A stretch of DNA of 64,000 nucleotides, taken from positions 1 through 64,000 of the forward strand of contig JBGSUI010000188.1 in assembly GCA_041736175.1 (NCBI GenBank), in the 5' to 3' direction. Shown one piece after another: positions 29,223-37,316 of this stretch. The translations under genes and the position numbers were made by a program. Numbering within the stretch: the stretch's first letter is position 1; each line of letters starts with the position of its first letter. The DNA comes from Oligoflexales bacterium. Lineage in GTDB: Bacteria > Bdellovibrionota_B > Oligoflexia > Oligoflexales > CAIYRB01. The notes under the pieces were generated by a model. It was not told the DNA's origin and ran no database searches. It was given only the letters and a program-made list of their open reading frames with translations.

Positions 29223-31357
29223 GCCACATTTTTAAGTATCGTTGTCGATACTGAAGGCAACTGGATCACAAATCTCGTGTTTGGGTGCTTGCTATCAAGG
29301 GTCAAACTCCCCTTATGGCTCTCGATAATGCCAAGGGAAATACTGAGTCCTAGCCCTGTTCCTTTGCCGACAGGTTTTGTTGTGAAAAAAGGCTGAAGCA
29401 TCTTTTCTGCGATGTCTGGTGGAATCCCTAGACCCGAGTCGGTGATTGTGATGCTACATTGGGTTCCATCATCCACAAGATCGATCTCAATCCATGGCTG
29501 TTCTGTCATGACTACGGCATCATACGCATTATTTAATAGGTTGACCAAAACTTGAGAAATCTGAACGGGCCGGCAGTAAATGCTTTGTTGACTATTCAAG
29601 CGCGCAGTCAGTCTGATACCACTGGCATCCATGCGAGGTTTACAGAGATCCAAACAGTCTTCGACCAGTTTTAGAACCGGTATTTTTTCAATTGGGTCAG
29701 AGTCACCCGCTCTTGCAAAGGCCCTTAGCCCATCTATAATCTTGCTAATTCTCGAGACCGAGCGGCGCATAGCATCGATGGTCTTAGGAACAACTTTTGC
29801 GGCATCAGGGTGATCTATCAGTCTACCCAGTTGTTGTAGATAACCATCGATGATGGCGAGGGGATTTTTAACCTCATGGGCAATCCCTGCTGCCATCTCT
29901 CCTAGAGAGGTAAGTCGGGAGGCCGTGACTAACTTGGACTGCTGGATTTTGGCATCATGCTCGAGTCTATATTGCTCACTTAGGTCGCGGATAAAGGCCG
30001 TAAAAATCTTGCTTCCACTCGGAAGATGGATAGCAACGAGAGAAAGCTCGATGGGAAATTCTCGACTGCTTGCATGTTTGCCCGGTAATCTAAGTCTTTT
30101 GGAGATTTTATCCGTCCGTTGATCAGATAGATATTTTTGAAAAGCCTTCCGATGGGCGGCCTTGTGGGTGTCGGGGATAATGGTATGTTCGAGAGACTTT
30201 CCGATCACGCTTTCTTTGGCCAATCCAAAAATCGCTTCCGCAGCGGGATTAAATTCTAAAATAGTTCCTGTTTCATCCGCTGAAATAATGGCATCGATGG
30301 CACCCTGTAAAGCCATCTCCCTACGCATCGAGATCTCAAATATCTGTTTGGAAGTGATCTCATTGAGACTTTGCATTCGTTTTATCCTATTGACCGAATA
30401 AACCGTCAGGAGAACGCTGAATCCCCAAAGCAAAAGAGCAGTTAATAATGACCAGTTACGAAATTTTTCCAGGATCCCCATCCTGATTTCAAGCAGTGTG
30501 GTCAGCTCGGCATGGGAGATCGACCAGAAAGACTTTAGACTGTCCATCGAAAGTATCAAATCGCGGTGAAGTTCATCGGGTTTCTGATTTGTCTGGAGTC
30601 CCGAACTTAACTCTTGGAGTTTCTCAAGAAGACCTTGCAAAGACCCTGTAAGTCTGCCGCTTAAGGAAGGATTGACACCGTTAAAATTGGCGTCCTCCCG
30701 CAAGGCACTTGCGGTTTTCGTCTGCAAGGCTGGGATCACTTCATATTGAAGCAGGGCTAAAAGTCCTAATCCTTTTGACCAATTGGGCCGCATCGTATAG
30801 TCCCCTAGGACACCGGTGTCCAGGAGATAGGCAACGGCCCTAGGAATACAAATAACTGTAAGATCCATAAGATAATAGGTGTCCAATTCTGGATCTAGGA
30901 TAAGATTGGAAGTGTCTCCTACATGGCGAATGAGCTCAAGCATATGCACTAGGGCTTTTATTAGATCGCTTGGATCAGGTTTAACGCTGATCTGCTCCAT
31001 AAGATTCATGAGTTTTTTGGGGGCGAGATGCTCCCGCCCTCGAATAAACAAAGAATTGTCATCGGCCCCCACCTCGGACCCAAGCTCCTGATCGATATTT
31101 CTAAAGGCCGTCAGTGATGAGATAAGATGAGCGTTATTTGGTTTGGAGGAACCTAGGAGGAGATCAACTGTCTGAAAAGCCATCAGCCCCAGGGGGTATA
31201 AGTACCTAAGTCCCTTGATTTCTTTTTCACTAAATTCGATCTGTGAATTCTTTGTATTTAAGAAAAACAAAAAAAGAAGCGTAATTGGTACTGAATAGAC
31301 GATAGATACCAAGACTGGTAAACGAGATGTATTGATATATGATGGCTTTGGACTCAT
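29219..31357 (-). CDS. Membrane PAS-domain sensor histidine kinase
   Basis: Two TM helices, PAS domain (FNPAAEAIFG), H-box AHEVKNPL, and N/G/F boxes (NLLNNA, DSGLG, PFFTTK, GTGLGL). Confidence 0.93.
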   Translation of the reverse strand: MSPKPSYINTSRLPVLVSIVYSVPITLLFLFFLNTKNSQIEFSEKEIKGLRYLYPLGLMAFQTVDLLLGSSKPNNAHLISSLTAFRNIDQELGSEVGADDNSLFIRGREHLAPKKLMNLMEQISVKPDPSDLIKALVHMLELIRHVGDTSNLILDPELDTYYLMDLTVICIPRAVAYLLDTGVLGDYTMRPNWSKGLGLLALLQYEVIPALQTKTASALREDANFNGVNPSLSGRLTGSLQGLLEKLQELSSGLQTNQKPDELHRDLILSMDSLKSFWSISHAELTTLLEIRMGILEKFRNWSLLTALLLWGFSVLLTVYSVNRIKRMQSLNEITSKQIFEISMRREMALQGAIDAIISADETGTILEFNPAAEAIFGLAKESVIGKSLEHTIIPDTHKAAHRKAFQKYLSDQRTDKISKRLRLPGKHASSREFPIELSLVAIHLPSGSKIFTAFIRDLSEQYRLEHDAKIQQSKLVTASRLTSLGEMAAGIAHEVKNPLAIIDGYLQQLGRLIDHPDAAKVVPKTIDAMRRSVSRISKIIDGLRAFARAGDSDPIEKIPVLKLVEDCLDLCKPRMDASGIRLTARLNSQQSIYCRPVQISQVLVNLLNNAYDAVVMTEQPWIEIDLVDDGTQCSITITDSGLGIPPDIAEKMLQPFFTTKPVGKGTGLGLSISLGIIESHKGSLTLDSKHPNTRFVIQLPSVSTTILKNVA

Positions 31358-31367
31358 TATAATCAAG

Positions 31368-31394
31368 GTATCGGATGAGTGCCAAAGTTCTTGA
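31368..31394 (-). promoter_or_regulatory. Sigma28 (FliA)-like promoter of the histidine kinase
   Basis: Minus strand reads TCAAG-N14-TCCGATAC. Confidence 0.4.
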
Positions 31395-31432
31395 TGGATT
31401 TAAAAGTACTTGGCCTTTAAAAATAAGGAAAT

Positions 31433-31478
31433 TCATTGCGATAGACTGCCCTGCTACGCTATAAGGAGTCCGGTTTAG
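31433..31478 (+). repeat. 46-bp direct repeat, copy 1
   Basis: TCATTGCGATAGACTGCCCTGCTACGCTATAAGGAGTCCGGTTTAG; 45/46 identical to 34597-34642. Confidence 0.92.
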
Positions 31479-31489
31479 CCAAACGTATT

Positions 31490-31738
31490 TCACCGGCGGA
31501 TGTCTTCCATTAATTTAAGCACATCGAATGGACCGACGCCTTTTGCCATCCCGCACAAAGTTTCGAGCTGTTGCTCTATAGCTGCCGATTCTGCAGGTGA
31601 CAATTGACGTTCGATCTGACCGGCGCTCTTTAGTGTTGAGGCAGTCAAGTTATGAATGAATTTAGCGACTTGCCTCTTTTTATCCTCAGACATCTTCTCA
31701 ATAGCCAGGAAAAGCTCTTCGGCTAACCTGTTTTTCAT
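31490..31738 (-). CDS. Small antitoxin-like protein (DUF2281-like)
   Basis: SD GGAGG before MKNRL; AIEKMSEDKKRQVAKFIHNL pattern. The ORF track starts at 31810. Confidence 0.45.
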   Translation of the reverse strand: MKNRLAEELFLAIEKMSEDKKRQVAKFIHNLTASTLKSAGQIERQLSPAESAAIEQQLETLCGMAKGVGPFDVLKLMEDIRR

Positions 31739-32021
31739 CACTTCCTCCCCATAGGGCATCGCACCTCTGTGGCTGGAGGGATCACCAGCCTTCTCCGTAT
31801 CAATCGGCATATTTCTAAAACCCCTTAAAACTCAAATAGGTTTAATCTAAAAATCTAGGCCAACTCCCTAAAAATTATCACAAATCCCATTATTCGCCCA
31901 CCGCCCAAATATATTTATATGGGATCAAACTCTCTAGACGAGTGTGTCGTCCCGGGGCAAACCGCTTCGGAAAAGTCGGAAAAGGTGGACCCAGAGTTGG
32001 GTCCAATTATGCCTAGCACCT

Positions 32022-32369
32022 TTACTTTGGGGCTCCATCTAAATTTTTATGATCACCCTTTTCTTTGCCTGGAAAGAAGTCTTTGATTTTGCCCCCGCTG
32101 TTAAAAAATTTTTGCAAAGACTGGAGATCTCCTTCTGAACCAGGACCTTCAAGGACTTTTAAAGCTTCAAGGTTTTCTGAATCGACCTTGTAGGTTCCAT
32201 ATTTGACTCTATAATTTTTCTGAATTTTATCGATCGAAACAACGACTAAATCACCTGGTTTTAGCCTGCGCTCATAAAACGAGGACTTGGGATCGACCAC
32301 TACAATCTCTAAGGTGTCGGCGCAATTGCTTTCGTTGACCCAGCAGCAGCTCCAGATATCGCGAGCCAC
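32022..32369 (-). CDS. Hypothetical protein, possibly the 3' fragment of a decayed gene
   Basis: The frame stays open about 18 codons upstream of the GTG before stops; no clear SD. Confidence 0.4.
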   Translation of the reverse strand: MARDIWSCCWVNESNCADTLEIVVVDPKSSFYERRLKPGDLVVVSIDKIQKNYRVKYGTYKVDSENLEALKVLEGPGSEGDLQSLQKFFNSGGKIKDFFPGKEKGDHKNLDGAPK

Positions 32370-32683
32370 AGGTATGATACGCTTCTTCGCAGAGAACTTG
32401 AAGCCGTTTGACGATACGCATCAGACTCAACACCGGCGACATCATCGTTGGCACTATTGGATCGGTACAGCGCCAGAAATATTTGACACTACTTGTGCTG
32501 AGGCCAAAACCTAGGGAATCCGTTCTGCAGCAACCGCTTCGTCAATCTTGACTTGCTGACAGCTGACCCAATCGCCCTTTGTTCTTCTAAGGCGAAGAGA
32601 TAGAGCAATCAATATCCTTTTTTTCGAACCAGCGGTAAATGGAAAGACTGGCTGGATAGCTTAAAAATCAGAAACAAATTCGC

Positions 32684-33562
32684 TTATCGAAACGAACCGA
32701 GCGCCCGTGCCACTTCGTGCTTGTGGCGACGATTGCACTCTGCCCAGCGAAGTTCGTCGGCGTCGAGCGCGGCAAGAAATGCAAATCGCTGCCGCACCTT
32801 GGCTTCCCAATCCGTGATGTCCGCTGGATGAACGAGTACTCCGATCGGTGCCTTGGGAAAGTCCCCTGGGGATCTCTGAGCTAGGACATTGTCGGGTAGC
32901 AATGGCGCGGTGCCACGTCCGTCGTCAACGACGTCGCCATAGACTTTTAGTACCCAAAGTCGTCTGACCAAGGCTTCCGGAAGAGGCCGAGTGGCGAACC
33001 ATGCAAGGTCATACAGATCCCTTGCGAGCGAGACCCGGCGGTACCGCGCCAATTTTTCTGCACAAGCCTCGGCCTCAGCTATGATGGGCAAGGCGCCAAG
33101 AGTAAAGTCATACTCGTCGTGGATCGGCATGCGCAATACAGGGACCCGTTCGGGGGGTAACGCGAGTGGTCGCCTCGCGCACTCAACACGCGCAATGCCC
33201 AAGACGTCACCCAGAACCGGGTGGCTAACATCGAGCTGCCACGTGCGGGCGTCGTTGGACGGCTTCGACAAAGTGAAAGAAAAATCCCCAATGCGGGCAT
33301 TGTTCATCGCATCACAGACATCAACGACATCATCCTCGTTCGGTACTGCAAGGTCGATATCGGTGGAAAAGCGCCCCTGATTGCCGATGCGGCATTTGCG
33401 TAGGCTTGTACCGCCCTTGAATGCGATGTCGTCACGATCAAATATACCGACCAACTCCAGTACGTGAAGGAGATGATCTTGGGCCACATCAAGCAGGGCC
33501 GGCACATAGGCATCTTGGCGAGTACTGGCATGACGAAGGATTAGAGCGCGCGTCAGTGGCAT
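32684..33562 (-). CDS. abiEii: Type IV TA toxin, AbiEii nucleotidyltransferase (MenT4/Rv2826c-like)
   Basis: FKGGTSLRKC..GRFSTDIDL and AEKLARYRR..LARDLYDL motifs. Confidence 0.92.
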   Translation of the reverse strand: MPLTRALILRHASTRQDAYVPALLDVAQDHLLHVLELVGIFDRDDIAFKGGTSLRKCRIGNQGRFSTDIDLAVPNEDDVVDVCDAMNNARIGDFSFTLSKPSNDARTWQLDVSHPVLGDVLGIARVECARRPLALPPERVPVLRMPIHDEYDFTLGALPIIAEAEACAEKLARYRRVSLARDLYDLAWFATRPLPEALVRRLWVLKVYGDVVDDGRGTAPLLPDNVLAQRSPGDFPKAPIGVLVHPADITDWEAKVRQRFAFLAALDADELRWAECNRRHKHEVARALGSFR

Positions 33563-33567
33563 TTGTC

Positions 33568-34434
33568 TTAGGCCTTCTTATTGGCGGTAAGCAGCGGCGC
33601 AACCACATGGTCGCTGACGCCGGTCCTGGAGTCCCAATGCGCGGGTCCGGAGGTGCCGATCTTTGTTGCCTGCAAGGTCTTTGGTAGAAGGCTCAGCACG
33701 CCACGTTTACCACTCAGGCGCATCAAGTAGACAGCCCGTTGACGTGTCGCCCCCGTTGCTACCTCAAGGAGTGGAGCAAGCCGACTGAGATCAATATCGG
33801 CGCAGAAGTCAGCAAGCCTGCCGGCGAAATCAACCCATGCATCAAAGCTGGCCGGACGCGACGCGATCTGCACGAGGAGCGCCTCCGGGCCGAATCCCGG
33901 CAGACCTTCGGCCCAGTTCAAAAGGTCAAGGCCTCTCTTGCGGAGGAGTTTTATCGACGGCGCGAGAGCCTGCGACGAGAGCCCTTTCGGAAACAACGTA
34001 GTGACCCGGCTAACGCTACCCCGCAGAGCTTTGGGGAACGGAACGTGATCTTCGAGCCAAATGGCCGGACGATCCGGACGTCGATCAAGATATCCCAGGT
34101 GCCACGCCGCGCTAGACCCAGCGAGAAAGAATCGAGCACTCGGTTTAGTCAGGCGCCAGCCGCGCAGGTCAATATAAGGGTCAGCAAGGGACTCCACACC
34201 AGGAGACAAGAACGCATAAGCGCCATTGAAATGCGTCCGGCGGAGCCATCCTAGCCGGACAAGCCGCGACAGGGCCACCTCGGCTCCGACAGTGCATTGA
34301 CTCTCCTCAAGATAGCAGGCGATGATTTCGCGTGTAACGACGGCGGGGGCACGCTGCACCATATGTGCAATGAGTCCAGCCGCCCACTTAGGTACGACCC
34401 GCGCAGCCGGATTTGCTGCTGAAAAAGACTGCAT
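33568..34434 (-). CDS. abiEi: Type IV TA antitoxin, AbiEi family (MenA4/Rv2827c-like)
   Basis: N-terminal wHTH; DPY.DLRGW, AGSSAAWHLGYLDR and GPEALLVQIASRP motifs; 5 bp upstream of the toxin gene. Confidence 0.9.
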   Translation of the reverse strand: MQSFSAANPAARVVPKWAAGLIAHMVQRAPAVVTREIIACYLEESQCTVGAEVALSRLVRLGWLRRTHFNGAYAFLSPGVESLADPYIDLRGWRLTKPSARFFLAGSSAAWHLGYLDRRPDRPAIWLEDHVPFPKALRGSVSRVTTLFPKGLSSQALAPSIKLLRKRGLDLLNWAEGLPGFGPEALLVQIASRPASFDAWVDFAGRLADFCADIDLSRLAPLLEVATGATRQRAVYLMRLSGKRGVLSLLPKTLQATKIGTSGPAHWDSRTGVSDHVVAPLLTANKKA

Positions 34435-34454
34435 ATTTGCCCACTGTCAATTGA

Positions 34455-34517
34455 AGTCTGAATGCGCAACCTACTTAATAACTCAGACTCTGTTTCACAG
34501 TAAATCATACTGCGAAA
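34455..34517. promoter_or_regulatory. Two inverted repeats upstream of abiEi (putative operators)
   Basis: AGTCTGA...TCAGACT (34455-34489) and TTTCACAGTA-N5-TACTGCGAAA (34493-34517). Confidence 0.5.
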
Positions 34518-34596
34518 TAAAGCCAACTTGCAACATTTAAATCATGAATTAGACCTCAATTCACAGTAACCGTGGCCGCAAGAGAATAAGGGAAAA

Positions 34597-34642
34597 TCAT
34601 TGCGATAGACTGCCCTGCTAAGCTATAAGGAGTCCGGTTTAG
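34597..34642 (+). repeat. 46-bp direct repeat, copy 2 (contains probable rlmN promoter)
   Basis: Matches 31433-31478 with one mismatch; contains TTGCGA-N18-TATAAG and ends 18 bp before the rlmN ATG. Confidence 0.92.
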
Positions 34643-34660
34643 GCATGGATAGAGTTCCTT

Positions 34661-35800
34661 ATGAAAATCTATAACATCCCCTTGAAATCCAGGAAAACAC
34701 TAGTGATTTCGTCTTTTTATTCTCAAACTCGGGACCAACTAGCATCCCTCTGTGGGGCTCTAGGGGTTCCCTCTGTCCACGCTCTTGATCTCTATCGCGA
34801 AGCCTATAAGGGGCTTAACCACCAGCCCTGGTCACGACTAGGTTTGCCAAAGGTTTTAAAGGCTTACTGCCAAGAAAACTTTCTAGAAACCCCCAAAGTA
34901 AGGTTAAGCACCGGCATCCTGTCGGGATACGACGGAAGCGTTAAATTTAGGGCTTTCTTACCATCCATCCTTGAGACTGCCCAAGATTCTCAAAAAGAAC
35001 TGGTCGTCGAAACTGTCTTAATGCCAGAAAAAAAACGAATCACCCTGTGCGTGTCAACCCAGGTCGGGTGTGCCCAAGGGTGCGTGTTTTGTCATACGGG
35101 GCGTATGGGCCTTATTCGCAACCTCCTTGCCGCAGAGATTGTCGGCCAAATCCTAGCCGCCAAACAATGGATAAGAGATCACCCGGAGTGGCTACAGCAG
35201 GTAGGCCTAAAATCGGACCAAACTATTTCTAATATCGTGTTTATGGGTATGGGCGAGCCCCTGGATAATGTCGATGAACTTATAACATCGATTGACATTA
35301 TGACCGATCCTTATGGGCTCGCCTTAGGCTTACGGCATCTCTCGGTTTCCACAGCAGGGCATTTGGACGGCCTTAAAATACTCCTTTCCAGGGTAAAGGG
35401 TGTTCGTTTAGCTTTAAGCGTCCATAGCCCGGACGAAGTAAAACGGGGCAAAATCATGCCCATCCAAAAACGCTGGCCTCTAACAGATGTCGTGAATTAC
35501 CTGGAAGAGGAGTTACCATCCAATGGTGGCAGCGTCATGCTGCAATACACCTTGATCGCCGGTGTCAACGACTCCCTCCAGGAAGCTCAGGATCTAGTCC
35601 TTATAGCAAAACGACTCCAGGCCAAGGTCAATATCATTCCCCTGAATACCGTCGCTGTAAACCGCCTTAAATCCCCAACACAGATACAAGTGCAGACCTT
35701 TCGCGATGTCCTCCATAAAGAGGGGGTCAGGGTTATGGTCCGCTACAGTAAGGGCCAAGATATCGCCGCGGCCTGCGGCCAGCTGGTTGTAGAGTCCTAG
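34661..35800 (+). CDS. rlmN: 23S rRNA m2A2503 methyltransferase RlmN (radical SAM)
   Basis: CVSTQVGCAQGCVFCHTG, FMGMGEP and AACGQL motifs. Confidence 0.93.
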   Translation: MKIYNIPLKSRKTLVISSFYSQTRDQLASLCGALGVPSVHALDLYREAYKGLNHQPWSRLGLPKVLKAYCQENFLETPKVRLSTGILSGYDGSVKFRAFLPSILETAQDSQKELVVETVLMPEKKRITLCVSTQVGCAQGCVFCHTGRMGLIRNLLAAEIVGQILAAKQWIRDHPEWLQQVGLKSDQTISNIVFMGMGEPLDNVDELITSIDIMTDPYGLALGLRHLSVSTAGHLDGLKILLSRVKGVRLALSVHSPDEVKRGKIMPIQKRWPLTDVVNYLEEELPSNGGSVMLQYTLIAGVNDSLQEAQDLVLIAKRLQAKVNIIPLNTVAVNRLKSPTQIQVQTFRDVLHKEGVRVMVRYSKGQDIAAACGQLVVES

Positions 35801-35807
35801 CCAAGAC

Positions 35808-37292
35808 CTAGTTAACAATGCTTGGGTCGCGCGGAAATTTCTGAGTTGGACACCGATAAACCCCAGTTTCATTGTATTTCTTAATGGCTAAACCAACCTC
35901 GGGAATCAGGTAACTCCCCTGCTTTGCAACGCTCGACGTATGATAAAGACCCTGGATGTCCCAAGATGCGAGATTCCAAATAAAGGCGCCCTTCACCCTT
36001 TCTCTCCAAGGGGACGCGGACGGGACCAGATTTTTTGATAGGTATAAACTTAACCCGCAGTAAAACTGTATTGCTCCGTTTGCAACATCCGGATCCGACC
36101 AGGGGTTCGTTTTAGGATTAAAGGTCCCATGGATCCCAGCCCAAGGAGCTGAGAGGGCATCCCGACCCGAAGTTGCAGGCTTTTTCGAATCCACACTTCC
36201 ACCGATTCCCACTTCCGAAAAAATCAGCTCCAGGTGAGATGCATCCTTCTTGAGATCGGTCTTAATCGCTGCAAGCTCTTGATTGACGCTATTGAATACC
36301 TGGTCAAACTGAAGAAAAGGTAGGCTACCGTCCGCTGCTAGAGTGAGGTTGGTGTAGGCCGAGGCACCAAAAAAATCAAGTTTCTTGAGTAGCTCTTTGA
36401 ATGCTCTGGACGAAAGGTACTGAGTTGGAAAATTTCCAAAGATCTTGTTAAAATTTAAACTGATACCAAATTTAATCTTTGGGTCGTCACTCCTGGGGTC
36501 CAAACTCTCTCTTAGGAGTGCGATAGCATGAGAGTATTGAGACGTATAAGCAAAGACGGTAGCTCCCATTTCGCCTTGAGCTGAAAAATAAACAGGCAAA
36601 CTGGTGATACGGGTACGCTTGATCGCATTCGCTATGGGCACTAGCATCGCACAATAATAGCTATCCACATATTTCTCGCACTCCCAATCACCTTCGATAA
36701 CAAGTCCTAGGGCATGGGAGTTGCGCCATCGCCCCTCTCTTTTTCCATCATCCACATGGGGCGTGATAGAAATTCCTCTACCCTTGCTGAAGACCTTTTC
36801 AAAACAGGCTGCCATTCCATCTTCAAAAGTCTTAATCATAGCTAATGTAGGTGGATTGCAAGCCCGTTCCGACACCCGGTAACAAATCCGGTTACCCCAA
36901 GTAAGGGGCTTAGCGCCCCTAAATTCTTGGAGAGATGCCGTAACTATTTTCTCGGTACCATCGTGCGGCGGATCCACCAAAAAGCCATGGGTTGGAAGAA
37001 AATTGATGGTGGAATTTGCAAAATCTGAACCTAGGGCTTTATCCACCATCTCCAAGCACGGACTTGAGCCGTCGACTAAGGTGTAGTCCCAAGCACCCAT
37101 AACTGCAATGCTGCTATTGATCTCTACATAGTCATTCGGTGGAGTCCCTGGTTCAAAATCACTGGGAGTGGACGCGAGTTCGGCAGACGGTTTAAATGAT
37201 CGCTTGCAGTGATATTGTAACATCATAAAAAACACCACAAGAAGAATTCTGATCACTTTTTCGACACTAAGAAGAAAAGGATTTTCTGACAT
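35808..37292 (-). CDS. Putative lipoprotein, TIM-barrel glycoside-hydrolase-like
   Basis: Hydrophobic N-terminus ending in Cys; QGEMG, DFFGASAY, FSEVGIGG and FIWN are spaced like clan GH-A strands. Confidence 0.5.
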   Translation of the reverse strand: MSENPFLLSVEKVIRILLVVFFMMLQYHCKRSFKPSAELASTPSDFEPGTPPNDYVEINSSIAVMGAWDYTLVDGSSPCLEMVDKALGSDFANSTINFLPTHGFLVDPPHDGTEKIVTASLQEFRGAKPLTWGNRICYRVSERACNPPTLAMIKTFEDGMAACFEKVFSKGRGISITPHVDDGKREGRWRNSHALGLVIEGDWECEKYVDSYYCAMLVPIANAIKRTRITSLPVYFSAQGEMGATVFAYTSQYSHAIALLRESLDPRSDDPKIKFGISLNFNKIFGNFPTQYLSSRAFKELLKKLDFFGASAYTNLTLAADGSLPFLQFDQVFNSVNQELAAIKTDLKKDASHLELIFSEVGIGGSVDSKKPATSGRDALSAPWAGIHGTFNPKTNPWSDPDVANGAIQFYCGLSLYLSKNLVPSASPWRERVKGAFIWNLASWDIQGLYHTSSVAKQGSYLIPEVGLAIKKYNETGVYRCPTQKFPRDPSIVN

Positions 37293-37316
37293 GTTTCCCT
37301 TTTTTAACTCAGAATT

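Noticed and set aside
32615..32665. GGTTCGAA (minus strand) suggesting a tRNA T-loop or att site
   Set aside because: No T-stem, acceptor stem or cloverleaf can be formed.
33739..34254. 171-aa plus-strand ORF within abiEi
   Set aside because: Shadow ORF expected in GC-rich DNA.
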